Source: Lytechinus pictus
Taxonomy: Eukaryota
Direction of reading: 5' to 3'
DNA: 64,000 bases
Assembly (NCBI RefSeq): GCF_037042905.1
Contig: NC_087245.1
Coordinates: forward strand, 6,512,001-6,576,000
Both the position numbers and the translations under genes were made by a program. The notes under the pieces were generated by a model, which was not told the origin of the DNA, made no database searches, and saw only the letters and a list, made by a program, of their open reading frames with translations. This document shows positions 1 to 15,100 of this stretch, in pieces. Numbering within the stretch: the first letter of the stretch is position 1; every line of letters starts with the position of its first letter.

Positions 1-124
1 TATTATGTGCTCGCCTTAGCAACACTCTAGTTTTTATGCAGGAAAAATGTGAATGATAATGCTGCTTTTGTGATGTACATGTAATTCAAATGCAAGTCTT
101 GTTTTTAATTTCTTTTCCTTACAG

Positions 125-186
125 TTCAATGCTATATTTGAGCCCCTAGGATCCCAGTATTTAGGGGTAATTGTGACAGGATTCAT
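125..186 (+). CDS. SEA domain 1, middle exon ([20 protein letters not shown])
   Basis: ttacag|...at|gtaagt, 62 nt; same length and phase as the paralogous exons 41347-41408 and 58579-58640. Confidence 0.8.
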
Positions 187-3100
187 GTAAGTTCATATCA
201 TGTTTTTAATAGAAAAAAGCAATTTTAGAGAATGCTCGTTAAATGATTGATTTTTTTCATTGAAAACTTAAAAAAAATCAGAAAATGTGGACTTTGGTTG
301 AAAACATATCTTATATTAATATTGTGCTCTTGTTATTTTTAAAGTGCATTTGAGAGTTATGTTTTTTTAACAGGCTCATATAATTTGGTGTGTATGATAC
401 TAGCATGGATCCCATGAAGCCTATTGATTTTGAGGTCAAAATTTAAGGTCATAGTGACCGTGCTTTCATCTTACCCTTCTGAAGTTCTTGTAAATGAGAT
501 AACTTCAGTTTAACTTAAACTAGGCTCCTATAGTTTGATGTGTATAATACTAGCATGGATCCAAGAAATTCTATAGATTTTGAGGTCTAAAGGTCCAAGG
601 TCAAGTCGTCACCTTCCACTTTTCCACATTACTGGCTGGCATATTATGTGCTTGCCCCAGTGACACTCTTGTTTGATTATATTTTGCATGAGCATTAGGA
701 CTCGATCTTGCATAATTTGTACTGCTCCTTTTAATGCGGATACATCTTAGTGAATTTTGTGATAATTTTGACAAAGTAATCAAGGAATTATTAGACATTG
801 ATGTTACTATTATTTGAAGGAATCAACTATATGGGAGTATTATGGGGTTTAAGTATATCACAATTGACAATATCACTTAATGAGAGATTATGTGGAGCGT
901 TGTGGCCCAGTGGATTAGTCTTCGGACTTTGAAACAGAGGGTTGTGGGTTCGAATCCTAGCCATGGCGTAATTTCCTTCAGCAAGAAACTGATCCACAAT
1001 GTGCTGCACTCAACCCAGGTGAGGTAAATGGGTACCGGTAGGAAGTAATTCCTTAAAAAGCTGTGTGCGCTATGAACGCCTAGCTTAGCCGGGTAATATA
1101 GGAGCGCCTTGAGCACCTAACAAGGTGGATATGTGCGCAATATAAATACCCTATATTATTGCTCTTATTATTCTCATCTCATTTTATCAAAAATGTAACA
1201 GCATGACATATTTACAAAGTCTCAAATGAAAATTTCCAAATTTTTTCTTGATATGTTCAACTAAAAAAGTAAAATATTGGTGAAATGGAAATGATTGTAC
1301 ATTGTTCCTATGTCAGATATGTCAATCATGAAGAGGATAGTTGTGAGATTTAGATGCCTCCACCTACAGTATGTGCTTGCTCAAGCAGATGTTTTTGTGA
1401 AATATATTCTTATTTAGTTCCCCATCCTATTACAAGTAATTTGTAGGTCAGATTAATATAGCAGTGTTGGTAGCATACATTGTAACTGTGCAGTTGAGAA
1501 GAAGAATATTCTTTAAAATCGCTATGAAACAATATGATTAATTCAAGTACAATTTGTTAACCTTGTTTTTTTTCATTTCCAGGAATGGAAGCATTGATGC
1601 AGGATTTTCAGTAATCCTGGATAGTTTGATAGAGCATAATGGCAGCAATCCTTTGGTTGCCACAAGAGAATCAATCAAGAATTCTATCAATAATGGAATA
1701 GGAAATGGGGCATTTGGAGATTTGCCAGTTGTTCCAGGATCTTTATCTGTTTATCAAGGTATTAACTTGAATTACTTAAATTCTATGCAACATTCTATTT
1801 ACCTTTCAAATTTGGTCAACCTTTTCTCTTGTAGCCCAATACATGTATCTAGATCAATGTATCACCTTACTTGTAGGTATGGCTTTACTTTTACAAGTGA
1901 CTATTCAGATGATTGTAAACATACATAGTTACTTGTTCTATCTTGTTGTTAGTATATTTTGCTCTCATTGCACAAAAATAATATGTTGATTTTCTCTAGA
2001 TATATGTATATCTATGAGGTGTAAAGATTAGTGATTTTTATCATTTAAAAATAGATGAGGAAAATCCAGTAATCAGTGAATGTCCAAGTGATCAAGATGT
2101 CAACACAGACAGTGGTAATGCTACAGCTTTAGTAACCTGGACACCACCTACAGCAGCAGATAATTCTGGTACTCAGACACTGACATCTACTGCCAATCCT
2201 GGAGATTACATGTACTTCCCTATTGGAAATACCACTGTGAAGTATACATCAACAGATGCATCAGGAAATACAGATGTATGCACTTTCTATGTCACTGTCA
2301 TAGGTAAGCACATGCTCTGTATACTGTTTGTAACAAATGATCTCTTTCTCATTCTATTCACTCAGTTAGTAATTGTTTTGAACAGAACTTGAATCAAAAG
2401 CTTCATTCAAACCCTCAAGCTTTCGTGGGATCACAATTGTAATTCTACCGAATAATCCTTTTACTTCTCTTTGCTTAGGATTTATTGTTTGGTTAAATAG
2501 TTATATTAAATAGACATTGCAGATCCAACTACTTTCTGTATCTGGTAAGTGCTCACTAAAGTTGGCACCAGCACTAGTCTTCAGGTGAAAACATGCAATT
2601 CCCTCTTCTAATTGTTTTTGAAATTGTGTTGCCATGGTGACATCATGTTATTGCCCAAAACCCAGGTAACAGCATGTTATTACCAAAACCCCAGATTTTT
2701 TGTCTCGCTTGCATAGCAGAGCGAGACTAAAGGCACCGCTTATCTGACTGCGGCGGAAAAATCTAAGGTTAATTTTTTAAAATGACATCATAACTTCAAA
2801 ATCATATGAACTTATTTCTTGAAATTTACACATAAAGGTAATAAAGTATTACTTAACATGTTGCCCGAGTTTCAGGTCACATGACCAAGGTCAAAGGTCA
2901 TTTAGGGTCAATGAACTTTGGTCATTTAGGAGGTATTTGTTGAATTACCATCATAACTTTGAAAGTTTATGGATATAGTCATGAAATGTGGACATGGGGT
3001 AATCCAGTATCATTGCTCATCTTGCACAAGTTGTAGGTCACTCAAATGTCAATTAGGGCCGGTGGATGTAGTAGTATATTCTTATATGAATGGTGTTTTT

Positions 3101-6100
3101 TGTGAATAATTATTTTATAGTCATTTTTAAAGTCAGCACTGCTGCTTTATTGAATTGCTTAATGCAGGTGAGACTGCCAGAGGCACTCCACTTGTTTAAC
3201 ATAGCTCTTGAAATTTGGCTTAAATATTCATTTTGGTAAAGACAAGCATGATTTATATTCCAAATGTGTTGGAAACTGTGTTGTCATGGTAATGACATAG
3301 GGTGGGGTATTATTAATCACCTTCAATGATATTTCTAGTTATTATTATTATCATTATTATTATGATCACACTTGTCATGAGAAAAAAATGAAAATCCATA
3401 TTTTATTGTTCGAAATAGACATGAAATGAAATACTTCGAAAATTTGCTGTGCCCTATTGATCGTGGGACTGGCAGCCGCTGTGCAGCGCCAGATCGACGA
3501 GGCTCTATCCCTTTAATCATTGAACGGCAAAACAGGGTAGCAGCAACTCCCATCTGTTAATTTCTTTTGGTTTGACACAGCCAGGGTCTGAACTCCTGAC
3601 CTCCTGGTTGTGAGATGGATGCTCAACTGAGCCAACACACCGGTTCAATTCATGTGATAATTTTATTATTTATTTATTCTGGCTTTACCTCTGCTGCCTA
3701 TAGCTCAAGCATTTGTGGAATTTTTCCTTCCTGGTACCTATTGACTATACCCTGGAGGAGAGAGTCAATGTACATAAACACCTTGCCAAAGGAAGTGAAT
3801 GCTTCATTGGTATTCAAACTCTGCACCTCCAATAGTCCGGAAACTTATCCACTCTAATAGCCACATTGTCTCCAATTTGAACTATCTATTAATTTTACTC
3901 TCTGAAAGATTCTGAGAATCCTGTCATCAGTGGATGTCCAAGTAATCAAGATGTCAACACAGATAATGGTAATGCTACAGCTTCAGTAACCTGGACACCA
4001 CTTTCAGCAACAGATAATTCTGGTAACCAGACACTGACGTCCACTGCTAATACAGGAGATTACTTCCCTATTGGAAACATCTCGGTGACTTACACCTCAA
4101 CAGATGCTGCTGGAAATACAGATACATGTACTTTCTACATATCTGTTACTGGTAAGTAATCTCCAAAGAACCTTTTCTGTCAGTTAAGAATCGCTTCTGA
4201 ACCTCTGAATGATTAAAATAATTTCATTTTGTCAAAGATATCTTCAAGAAATTCATGCAGTATAAAAATAGATTTCAGCCTCAGATGTTTGGCATTGAAT
4301 AGCTCGCAATCTTGGTCAATTTTTTGCATTCTCTACAGAAAGCAAGAGTTTGTTTTTTATGTTTTATAAAAGATGAACATTATTGTTATTATTATTATTT
4401 GTTTGGTGAAACCTGTGCCAGGGAGGCTAAATGTGAACGGAATCACTATGACCTGCAGGTCTCTCCTCCCGATAATACTGATTAGGGGAGTGCACAGGTG
4501 GACCACTACACTGGGGTTTCCCTGATTAAATACCAAGGAACTTGTTCTTTTCTCAGACAATGAGAATCCAGTCATCAGTGGATGCCCTAGTGATCAAGAT
4601 GTCAACACAGACAGTGGTAATGCTACAGCTGTAGTAACCTGGACACCACCTACAGCAACAGATAACTCTGGTAACCAAACACTGACATCCACTGCCAATC
4701 TTGGCGATTACTTTCCTATTGGAAATAACACAGTGAATTATGCATCGACAGATCCATCAGGAAATACAGATGTATGCACTTTCTATGTCATTGTCATTGG
4801 TAAGCATGCTCCTGTGAGGATTTCATTTCTCTATCTAAATGTATATGTACTGTGTCTGTTTTTTTCTTCCTAGCTTTCTCTCATGGCTACCCTTCTACTG
4901 TAATTTTCAACATATCCATACTGTGTCTGAAATAGTTGATTAGTAGTTTATTTCATTTTCATCTTTAACTTTAGAATGATATATTGATAATATTAATAGT
5001 AAATATAACAAGAGGGCTTATTTGAAGTGTAAATTTAATATTTCCTACCTGTTTTCTTTTGTGTTTTGAACTCCAGTGTAAGGCCGATCATACTATATCT
5101 TCATAGGGCTACTGTTCTTTTGAAAACAGATTTATCTAAAGATCAAACTGCATTTTAAACAAGACCATCATGAGAGCTTTGCACCATTATGATAATTTCT
5201 TTTCTCTATTTGAAAAATTAGACAATGAGAATCCAGTCATCAGTGAATGTCCCAGTAATCAGAATGTTACCACAGACATTGGTAATGCTACAGCTGTAGT
5301 AAACTGGACACCACCTACAGCAACAGATAACTCCGCTGACCAGACACTGATATCCACTGCCAATCCTGGAGATTACTTCCCCATTGGAAACAACACAGTG
5401 AATTACACATCAACAGATGCTGCTGAAAATACAGATACATGTACTTTTTACATATCTGTTACTGGTATGTAATCTTCAAAGAACCTTTTATATCAACTAG
5501 AAATTGCTGCTTTCAGATATATCTTCAAGAAATTCATGCAGTATGAAAATAGATTTCAGCCTCCGATGTTTGTCATGGAGTAAGTCACAATCTTGGTCAC
5601 TTTTTTGCCTTCTCTTCAGAAAGCAACAGTTTGTATCTCTAAAGATGAAAATTCAGGATAAAATACAGAGATAATTAAAATTGTCTTATGTTGTATTTAG
5701 ACAATGAAGATCCAGTCATCAGTGGATGTCCAAGTAATCAAGATGTCAACACAGACAGTGGTAATGCTACAGCTTTAGTTACCTGGACACCAACTACAGC
5801 AACAGATAACTCTGGTAACCAGACACTGACGTCCACTGCTAATCATGGAGATTACTTCCCTATTGGAAACAACACAGTGACTTACACATCAACAGATGCT
5901 GCTGGAAATACAGAACTCTGCACCTTTTATGTGGATGTAACTGGTGAGTATTACTTGTAAGCCTTTTATTGTCTGACTCATATTTGTACTCTTTTTATTT
6001 CTCAAAAACATGGTACTGGAATCAATATATTTGTGAACAAGTTGTGAATTGAGGCATAGTAACTGCAACCCTGTTTAATTTGGTCACAAAATATCTGTCA

Positions 6101-9100
6101 TCCAAAATTATATAAGATATACTCCAGGATTTTAAGTAATTTTGTATTTATGTCAATTTTTTTTCATTTTATAGTCCCTCATGTCCTAATTGACTTGTAG
6201 TTGTTTAGTATTGGTTTGCTGCTCTCCATCAGTTACATGATGTATGAAACAATTTGGTCATTGCTTTACTGAAACAAAGAGCTGAATGATGATTGCATTT
6301 GATATGAATTTTCAAGCAAGCTTTCTTGCTGAGCTGATATTGAAAACCAATACAAATCAATAACATTCTGCAAAAAAGGTACTCCCATAGGAAATCACTG
6401 AGCAATTAAGAGGGGAAATAAAATAAGCTTTTTCTTTAAATATACCTCAAATAATACTTAAAAAGAAACCAATTTAGATATAGAGAAGAAAGATTAGTGC
6501 ATAAATAGGGAAATGATGTCATAGGTGTGCATACTTGCGTAAACTATGGGTGTACTGCTCTTGCCACTCTGTATTGACAGTTTATCAACAAATATTTTAT
6601 TAAAAAGCATTCACTCTCAAAAAGTTTTCAACAATGAACCCAAGGAAAATAAATCCAATGTATAGAGGTATAAAACAAGAAAAGCAAGAGTGGGAAAAGA
6701 GAGAGTGAGAAAGAGAATGAGAGAGGGCATGCTTGAGAGACCGAGTAGAAAATCAATGCGAAGAGAGGAAAATGAACCCCAATGAGGATAAGGAAACAGA
6801 GGTCTGTACAGAAAATAAAAAGTAAAAGTAGCCTTTCTTGTTCTGACCACAAAAATGAAGGAAAATCCATATATTCATTCAACCTTGAGAGTGCAAAGCA
6901 ATTGTGTTTTTTGACAGTATATGATCAATGGTTTTCTTAACCTTTTGAAGGGAGCAAGTTATCTCAGTCGGTAAAGTGTCTGCCTGTCGAACCAAAGGTT
7001 GTGGGTTCAAGTCCATCCAGAGTGAATGATTGATGCTTGCTTTGTGTGTAAATATGTCCCTCCCCTGTTCCGTAGATGCAGGCTATGTTAAAAATGTAAA
7101 CATGCCGTTACTTTTATAAGACTTTAAATGGAGGCCCCTTGTAGATATCAAGAGCCTACTGCCTTCTTTCTTATAAGTTTAGGGGGAAACCCTGGTGTAG
7201 TGGTCCACCTGCACTCCCCCAAAATCTGTTGCATCGGGAGGAGAGACCTGTGGGTCATAGCGAATCAGTTCACTTTTCGCCTCCCTGGCACAGGTGACGC
7301 CAAAAAAATACAAGACCCTGTGACTTGGCTATATTCTTCATCAAGTGATGGCTGACATGCGACTAGCAGTCAAAGAAGAGAGCTGGCGAAGCCCAGGTGA
7401 TCCCGGCTTTCACTGCTTGCTATGAATTACTCATGAGCAATTTCGATCTGTGATGTCGTCATGGGACCTGTTCGTTCCCTTCTATGGAACGGGGTTCACC
7501 GATCCTGTGTTTGCTGATTAGCTGCTACCTCTCACCAAAGACACTACAAAGGGAAGACTGGACACTGCGGAAGGGCCCCCACTAGCGTCGGGTATTAAGT
7601 TAACCTTAGCACATCGGTACACGGCTGTGTATAAAGCATATGGGGGATATGAATAGAGGGGGATAGGGAAAGGGCAGTGCTTGGAAATGATGCAACCTCC
7701 CTTTCCCCAGAAAACTCTAAGATATATTCATCTATAATTTCATTATATATTATATTTTTTTTGAAAAAAATAAAATCTTATATCAAATTCGCCTCTCCTT
7801 CACCCCTCCACCATTTCAGCCATATACGGGAATGTATACTTACCTAATGCTGTAGGGCACTCTTCCCAAGCATTTCATTACACGTTCTATTGACTGTCCT
7901 GTCTTCCCCTTGTTTAGTCTTTGCTCTCACATCGTGGGTTCCAGCCAGGAACAATGGTTAAAATAAGAAATCAAATTCAGGTTCCTAAAGGCCCAGTGGC
8001 TTGCTCATTCACACAGGTTTGAACAATAAGTCTTTTCTTAATAGTCACTAGTTTTCTTAATAGTAAATAGGTTTCTGATATTTGCGTTATATCAGACATT
8101 CAGACATGGGGCCTTGTCTATTAAAAGGCTATGGTTTCCCAAGTAATAGAAACACTTTCACAAAATAATTGAACAATGAGCAAGGAGAAGAGAGAACTAA
8201 AGTATCAAGGAAAACAAGTCAAACATGCAAAAGGGGGAAATGAAAGATAGAGTGAAGGGACAGAGAGAGAGAAACAGAGGTACACTGTGCTCAGAGAGAA
8301 AATCATGATGTGCCCGGTAAAAAAGATCCCTATTGAGAGAGAGAGAGAAAGAGAGGGAGACACATCGCAATTATTACAAGAGAAAGCAAAGTTTCTTCTG
8401 ATTTAACATGCTTATTGTATGGATACTTTGTACATACATGTATTTCGTCTGAATACGGAAACAATCAGTACATGTAGATGCTGTATACAAGTACTCAAGC
8501 AAGAGGTGAGTTTGCATTGATGTTATGAATTATCTTTTCTTGAATTTTATCACTCATAGGCATCGAAATATTAGATATACACTTTGATTCTATCAGTTGA
8601 CCAATTCTTCTGGTTTTGATTATTGCTATAAGTGACCTGCCACCCCAAAACAAACAATAAGTCACCCAAAATAAATTTAGTGATTTTTATTGAGTTGAAA
8701 AGCATATCCTCAGCTGTAAAGTGATGAACATGTATCACTTCTTAGAATTGATCAGAAAGCATTACCCACTGGAGTGCATTATTAAATGCAAAAGAAATTT
8801 AACAGGAGCTTCACAAAATTTGAATAGGAAAACACAAGGTTTAAAGTTTGGGGTTCACTAAAGCATGAGATGTTTTCACTGAAATCTTAGTGAAACTTTC
8901 AATCAGACTCCAAAAACAGATGTCAAAGAAACTATTGTATATATTTCCTTTTATTCAACTTCAAAGTTTGGCAATATGAAGAAGAATGACTCTTTCAGAT
9001 GAACTAATTTCATTATTTATACATTTTGAAGACCAATGTTGGTTTGGCTACAGTATTTACGGAGAACCTTCCCTGGGGTGAATGGTTACATATGGTGAAC

Positions 9101-12100
9101 ATGCAGTTTGACGAATGCAATGGCTGTTTCAGTGGGTTCCATAATTTTTTTTTCTTCTGGAAATAGGATTAGAATAGAAATACATTAACATTTTAAATTA
9201 TTTTAATTTTTTTTTAGTAAAACGACCTGCATAGAGCTACATGTATATCAAAGGAATTTTCTTTCAGGTTAGACATTTATTAGGAAATTATCCTCCAGGA
9301 TATACAATTACATTGATGGGTGATATACAGGGTATTTGAAAGAAAAAAAGTCATAACCAAATTCATTAAGCCAATAGTCAATTGATTGAATAGATTTATT
9401 CATATTTAAGGTTATTGTTATTGTCCTAAGTTGTCATGATACATGTAGATAAGATATGATATTGTGTCTGTGGCATATGCCACAAGGAAATTAAAGTGAA
9501 CCAGTTTGAAATAACATGCACTTAGACACCAAAGGACAGGAGACAGAGGGGATGAGATAGAAGGAAACCTGAGATAATGAGGGGATAAAAAAAAAAGCAA
9601 CAAGAAAAAGCACAGCAATGATGTACATGCATACATCACAACCAACTCGGCAATGTGTACATTATAACAAACCCATTACATGCATCTTATAATGGAGGCC
9701 TTGCATGCACCTCCAACACGAGCACTTTAAACTGCATGGACCTATAGACGTGAAGTATTGCAGCATGGAATGACAAGAGGGTGGAATATGAAATAAGTAG
9801 GAGACTGTAGTAAGTAATATACTACATGGTACACAGTACACTAAATAAAGAAATGGGAACATTCATTTTATGGCCATGGTATATGATTGAAAAAGGGTTT
9901 ATGAAGAATTTTGTCAGTGGTTTTCACAGCAGATTTGCTTTTAGCCAATCTTATGCAATGATTTCCAGTAGCCTATAACATATTTCAGGGATAACCACTT
10001 ACAAAATATTCATGAAACCCTACACTAGTAACACAGTGTTTTGGAGTTGTTGTTTTTTTCCAGTTTTTAGATTCTGGCTTGCATGTACTCAATATTTTTT
10101 TATTATTTGTAATGAGAAGACTTTGTTGATTTTCTTTCATCCTAGGAGATACTTGGGTCATAAATGATGTTAATACAATTTTTGCTTTAAGGCATTAATG
10201 TCATGCATAATAATTATCCAGTCTTAGAATTCATCATTTTTTAAACACCAAAACGGAATATCATCCTTTATTTGTAAGTAAAAGTTAGTCTGAATACAAC
10301 TGAGATTGTAATTTATATACATGTAGACAACTTGAAGTCTGTTAGTTAAAACTGACAGTAAAAAAATGCCCTGCAGCAACTCTCACTAAAAAGAGATATA
10401 AGATTGCAATTTTGTTATGCATGCTGCTAAGTCCTGCCCAAGTAATCCTAATGCCACAACGACATTGGTAATACTACATTCACTGCCAGTCCTGGAGATA
10501 CCTTTCCTATCGGAAATGACACTTGCTTTGCTACTGATGTTGCTGAAAATTTAGAAATGTGCACTTTCTTCATAGTTGTATCTGGTTAGTGCATGAATCT
10601 TTGTGTGTGTTTTTTCTGTTAGTACTGTAATTTTATGCTGTGTATTGACCATGATATTCCAACCTTTCAAATACTTTTCCTATAATGTATATCTTATTGT
10701 ATCTTTATTGCAAAGATCATGAGACTCCTGTCATCAGTGGATGTCCAAGTGATTCAAATGTTACTGCAAACATTGGTAATGCTGCAGCTGTAGTAACCTG
10801 GACACCACCTACAGCAACAGATAACTCTGGTAATCAAACACTGACATCCACTGCCAATCCTGGAGATTACTTCCCTATTGGAAATAACACAGTGAATTAT
10901 ACATGGACAGATCCATCAGGAAATACAGATGTATGCACTTTCTATGTCATTGTCATTGGTAAGCATGCATGTTCCTGTGAGGATTTCATTTCTCTATCTT
11001 AAGTATTTGCATGTTTGTTTTTTTTCTCCTAGCTTTCTCTCATGGCTACCCTTCTACTGTAATTTTCAACATATCCATACTGTGTCTAAACTAGTTGAAA
11101 AGCGGTTTATTTCATTTTCATCTTTTAGTTTACTATGATCTTATGTAAATTGAATAATATTTCCTACTTGTGAATTTATTAGGGGATTTTTTTGTGTTGT
11201 TCTGAACTCCAGTGTAAGGCCTATCGTACTATATCTTCATAGGGCTACTGTTCTTTTGGAAACAGATTTCTAAGTTCAAACTGCTTTTAAACAAGACCAT
11301 CATGAGAGGCCATATAGGCGCTAAAGCATTCAAGGAATAACTCCTACCGGGTACCCATTCACCTCACCTGGGTCGAGTGCAGCACAATGTGGATAAATTT
11401 CTTGTCGAAGGAAATAACGCCATGGCTGGGATTCGAACCCACGACCCTCTGTTTCAAAGTCCGTAGACTAATCCACTGGGCCACAACGTTCCATGTGTGT
11501 CTGTCTCTCCAAGTTTTCTCTCATAGCTAATACTAATGGTGTCATGGCTAACCTTCTACTGTACCTTTCCAACATATCCATGCTGTGTCTACAATAGTTG
11601 AAATAGGTTTATTTCATTTTCATCTTTAAGTTTGGAATGATATTTTGATAATGTGAAGACATTAATAGTAATTGTAAACAAGGTAAGAGGGCTTATTTGA
11701 GGTGCAATTTAAATAATATTTTGAACTCCAGTGTAAGGCCGATGATACCATATTTTCATAGGGCTACCATTCTTATTAAAACAGATTTCTAAGACAAAAT
11801 ATTTGCTTAAAAATGCTTTTAAACAAGACCATCATGAGAGCTTTGCACCATTATGATAATTTCCTTTTCTCTATTTGAAAAAATTAGACAATGAGAATCC
11901 AGTCATCAGTGGATGTCCCAGTGAACAGAATGTTACCACAGACATTGGTAATGCTACAGCTGTAGTAATCTGGACACCACCTACAGCAACAGATAACTCT
12001 GGTAACCAGACACTGACATCCACTGCCAATCCTGGAGATTACTTTCCTATTGGAAACAACACAGTGACCTACACATCAACAGATGCATCAGGAAATACAG

Positions 12101-15100
12101 ATGTATGCACTTTTTATGTCGTTGTCATTGGTAAGCATGTTCCTGCGATGATTTAATTTTTCTCTATCTGTATGTGTGTCTGTCTCCTGACTTAGCTTTC
12201 TCTCATAGCTAATACTAATCATGTCATAGCTACCCTTCTACTGTGCTTTTCCAACATATCCATACTGTGTGTAAAATAGTTGAAAAGAGGTTTATTTCAT
12301 TTTCATCTTTAAGTTTAGAATGATTTATAGATAATGAAGACATTGATAGTAATTGTAAACAAGAGGGCTTATTTGAAGTGTAAATTGAATAATATTTCCT
12401 ACTTGTGAATTTATTAGGGGATTTTTTTTGTGTTGTTTTGAACTCCAGTGTAAGGCCGATCATACCATATCTTCATAGGGCTACTGTTCTTTTGAAAACA
12501 GATTTCTACTATCAACTGCATTTTAAACAAGACCATCATGAGAACTTTGCACCATTATGATAATTTCCTTTTCTCTATTTGGAAAATTAGACAATGAGAA
12601 TCCAGTCATCAGTGGATGTCCCAGTGATCAGAATGTTACCACAGACATTGGTAATGCTACAGCTGTAGTAACCTGGACACCACCTATAGCAACAGATAAC
12701 TCTGGTAACCAGACACTGACATCCACTGCCAATCCTGGAGATTACTTCCCTATTGGAAACAACTCCGTGACTTACTTTGCAACAGATGTGGCTGGAAATT
12801 CAGAAACATGCACCTTCATCATAGTTGTTTCTGGTGAGTTTTCGTTGTATACATTCCATCATTTTTTTCTTTTTAGTAAGCGTAGCACTAGATTTTTGAG
12901 AGGTAACATGTCTTATTTCTTGTCATCACTATCATAGACAATGAGAATCCAGTCATCAGTGAATGTCCTAGTGAACAGAATGTTACCACAGAGAGTGATA
13001 ATGCTACAGCTGTAGTAACCTGGACACCACCTACAGCAACAGATAACTCTGGTAATCAAACACTGACATCCACTGCCAATCCTGGAGATTACTTTCCTAT
13101 TGGAAACAACACAGTGAATTATACATCGACAGATCCATCAGGAAATACAGATGTATGCACTTTCTATGTCATTGTCATTGGTAAGCATGCTCCTGTGAGG
13201 ATTTCATTTTTTCTCTATCTGTATAATAATAATAATAATAATAGAGTATTTCTAAAGCGCCAAATCCACATTGATTATGTGCTCAAGGCGCTGAAATATA
13301 CTTGGTATATTATTATTACCCCGGCTGTAGCTGAGCGGCCATATAGGTGCTAAAGCATTCAAGGAATAACTCCTACCGGGTACCCATTCACCTCACCTGG
13401 GTCGAGTGCAGCACAATGTGGATAAATTTCTTGTCGAAGGAAATAACGCCATGGCTGGGATTCGAACCCACGACCCTCTGTTTCAAAGTCCGTAGACTAA
13501 TCCACTGGGCCACAACGTTCCATGTGTGTCTGTCTCTCCAAGTTTTCTCTCATAGCTAATACTAATGGTGTCATGGCTAACCTTCTACTGTACCTTTCCA
13601 ACATATCCATGCTGTGTCTACAATAGTTGAAATAGGTTTATTTCATTTTCATCTTTAAGTTTGGAATGATATTTTGATAATGTGAAGACATTAATAGTAA
13701 TTGTAAACAAGGTAAGAGGGCTTATTTGAGGTGCAATTTAAATAATATTTTGAACTCCAGTGTAAGGCCGATGATACCATATTTTCATAGGGCTACCATT
13801 CTTATTAAAACAGATTTCTAAGACAAAATATTTGCTTAAAAATGCTTTTAAACAAGACCATCATGAGAGCTTTGCACCATTATGATAATTTCCTTTTCTC
13901 TATTTGAAATAATTAGACAATGAGAATCCAGTCATCAGTGGATGTCCCAGTGAACAGAATGTTACCACAGACATTGGTAATGCTACAGCTGTAGTAATCT
14001 GGACACCACCTACAGCAACAGATAACTCTGGTAACCAGACACTGACATCCACTGCCAATCCTGGAGATTACTTTCCTATTGGAAACAACACAGTGACCTA
14101 CACATCAACAGATGCATCAGGAAATACAGATGTATGCACTTTTTATGTCGTTGTCATTGGTAAGCATGTTCCTGCGATGATTTAATTTTTCTCTATCTGT
14201 ATGTGTGTCTGTCTCCTGACTTAGCTTTCTCTCATAGCTAATACTAATCATGTCATAGCTACCCTTCTACTGTGCTTTTCCAACATATCCATACTGTGTG
14301 TAAAATAGTTGAAAAGAGGTTTATTTCATTTTCATCTTTAAGTTTAGAATGATTTATAGATAATGAAGACATTGATAGTAATTGTAAACAAGAGGGCTTA
14401 TTTGAAGTGTAAATTGAATAATATTTCCTACTTGTGAATTTATTAGGGGATTTTTTTTGTGTTGTTTTGAACTCCAGTGTAAGGCCGATCATACCATATC
14501 TTCATAGGGCTACTGTTCTTTTGAAAACAGATTTCTACTATCAACTGCATTTTAAACAAGACCATCATGAGAGCTTTGCACCATTATGATAATTTCCTTT
14601 TCTCTATTTGGAAAATTAGACAATGAGAATCCAGTCATCAGTGGATGTCCCAGTGATCAGAATGTTACCACAGACATTGGTAATGCTACAGCTGTAGTAA
14701 CCTGGACACCACCTATAGCAACAGATAACTCTGGTAACCAGACACTGACATCCACTGCCAATCCTGGAGATTACTTCCCTATTGGAAACAACACAGTGAC
14801 CTACACATCAACAGATGCTTATGAAAATGTAGAACTATGTTCTTTTAATGTAGTCGTGATAGGTAAGTGGTTATTGATAAAGATGTTGCTTACAAACTGG
14901 TATTGAGATTTCTAATTCAGTGGTCCATTATGATGTCATTGTAATTGTATCTCTCTTTATCAAAAGTCTGATGACTTTCACACAGAAACACAGAATCCAT
15001 TATAAGAAAAAAAGATCATCATGTGCACAAATATGCAAAATCCAGCAACTTTAATGGAACGTGCGTACTAATTAGCATATAACACCCCCTAGGAATATCC

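Noticed and set aside
894..966. tRNA gene
   Set aside because: The A and B boxes continue into a SINE body with a (TAT)n tail and several dispersed copies.
827..1116. ORFs 827..1009 and 877..1116 (also 13347..13559)
   Set aside because: Chance ORFs inside the SINE.
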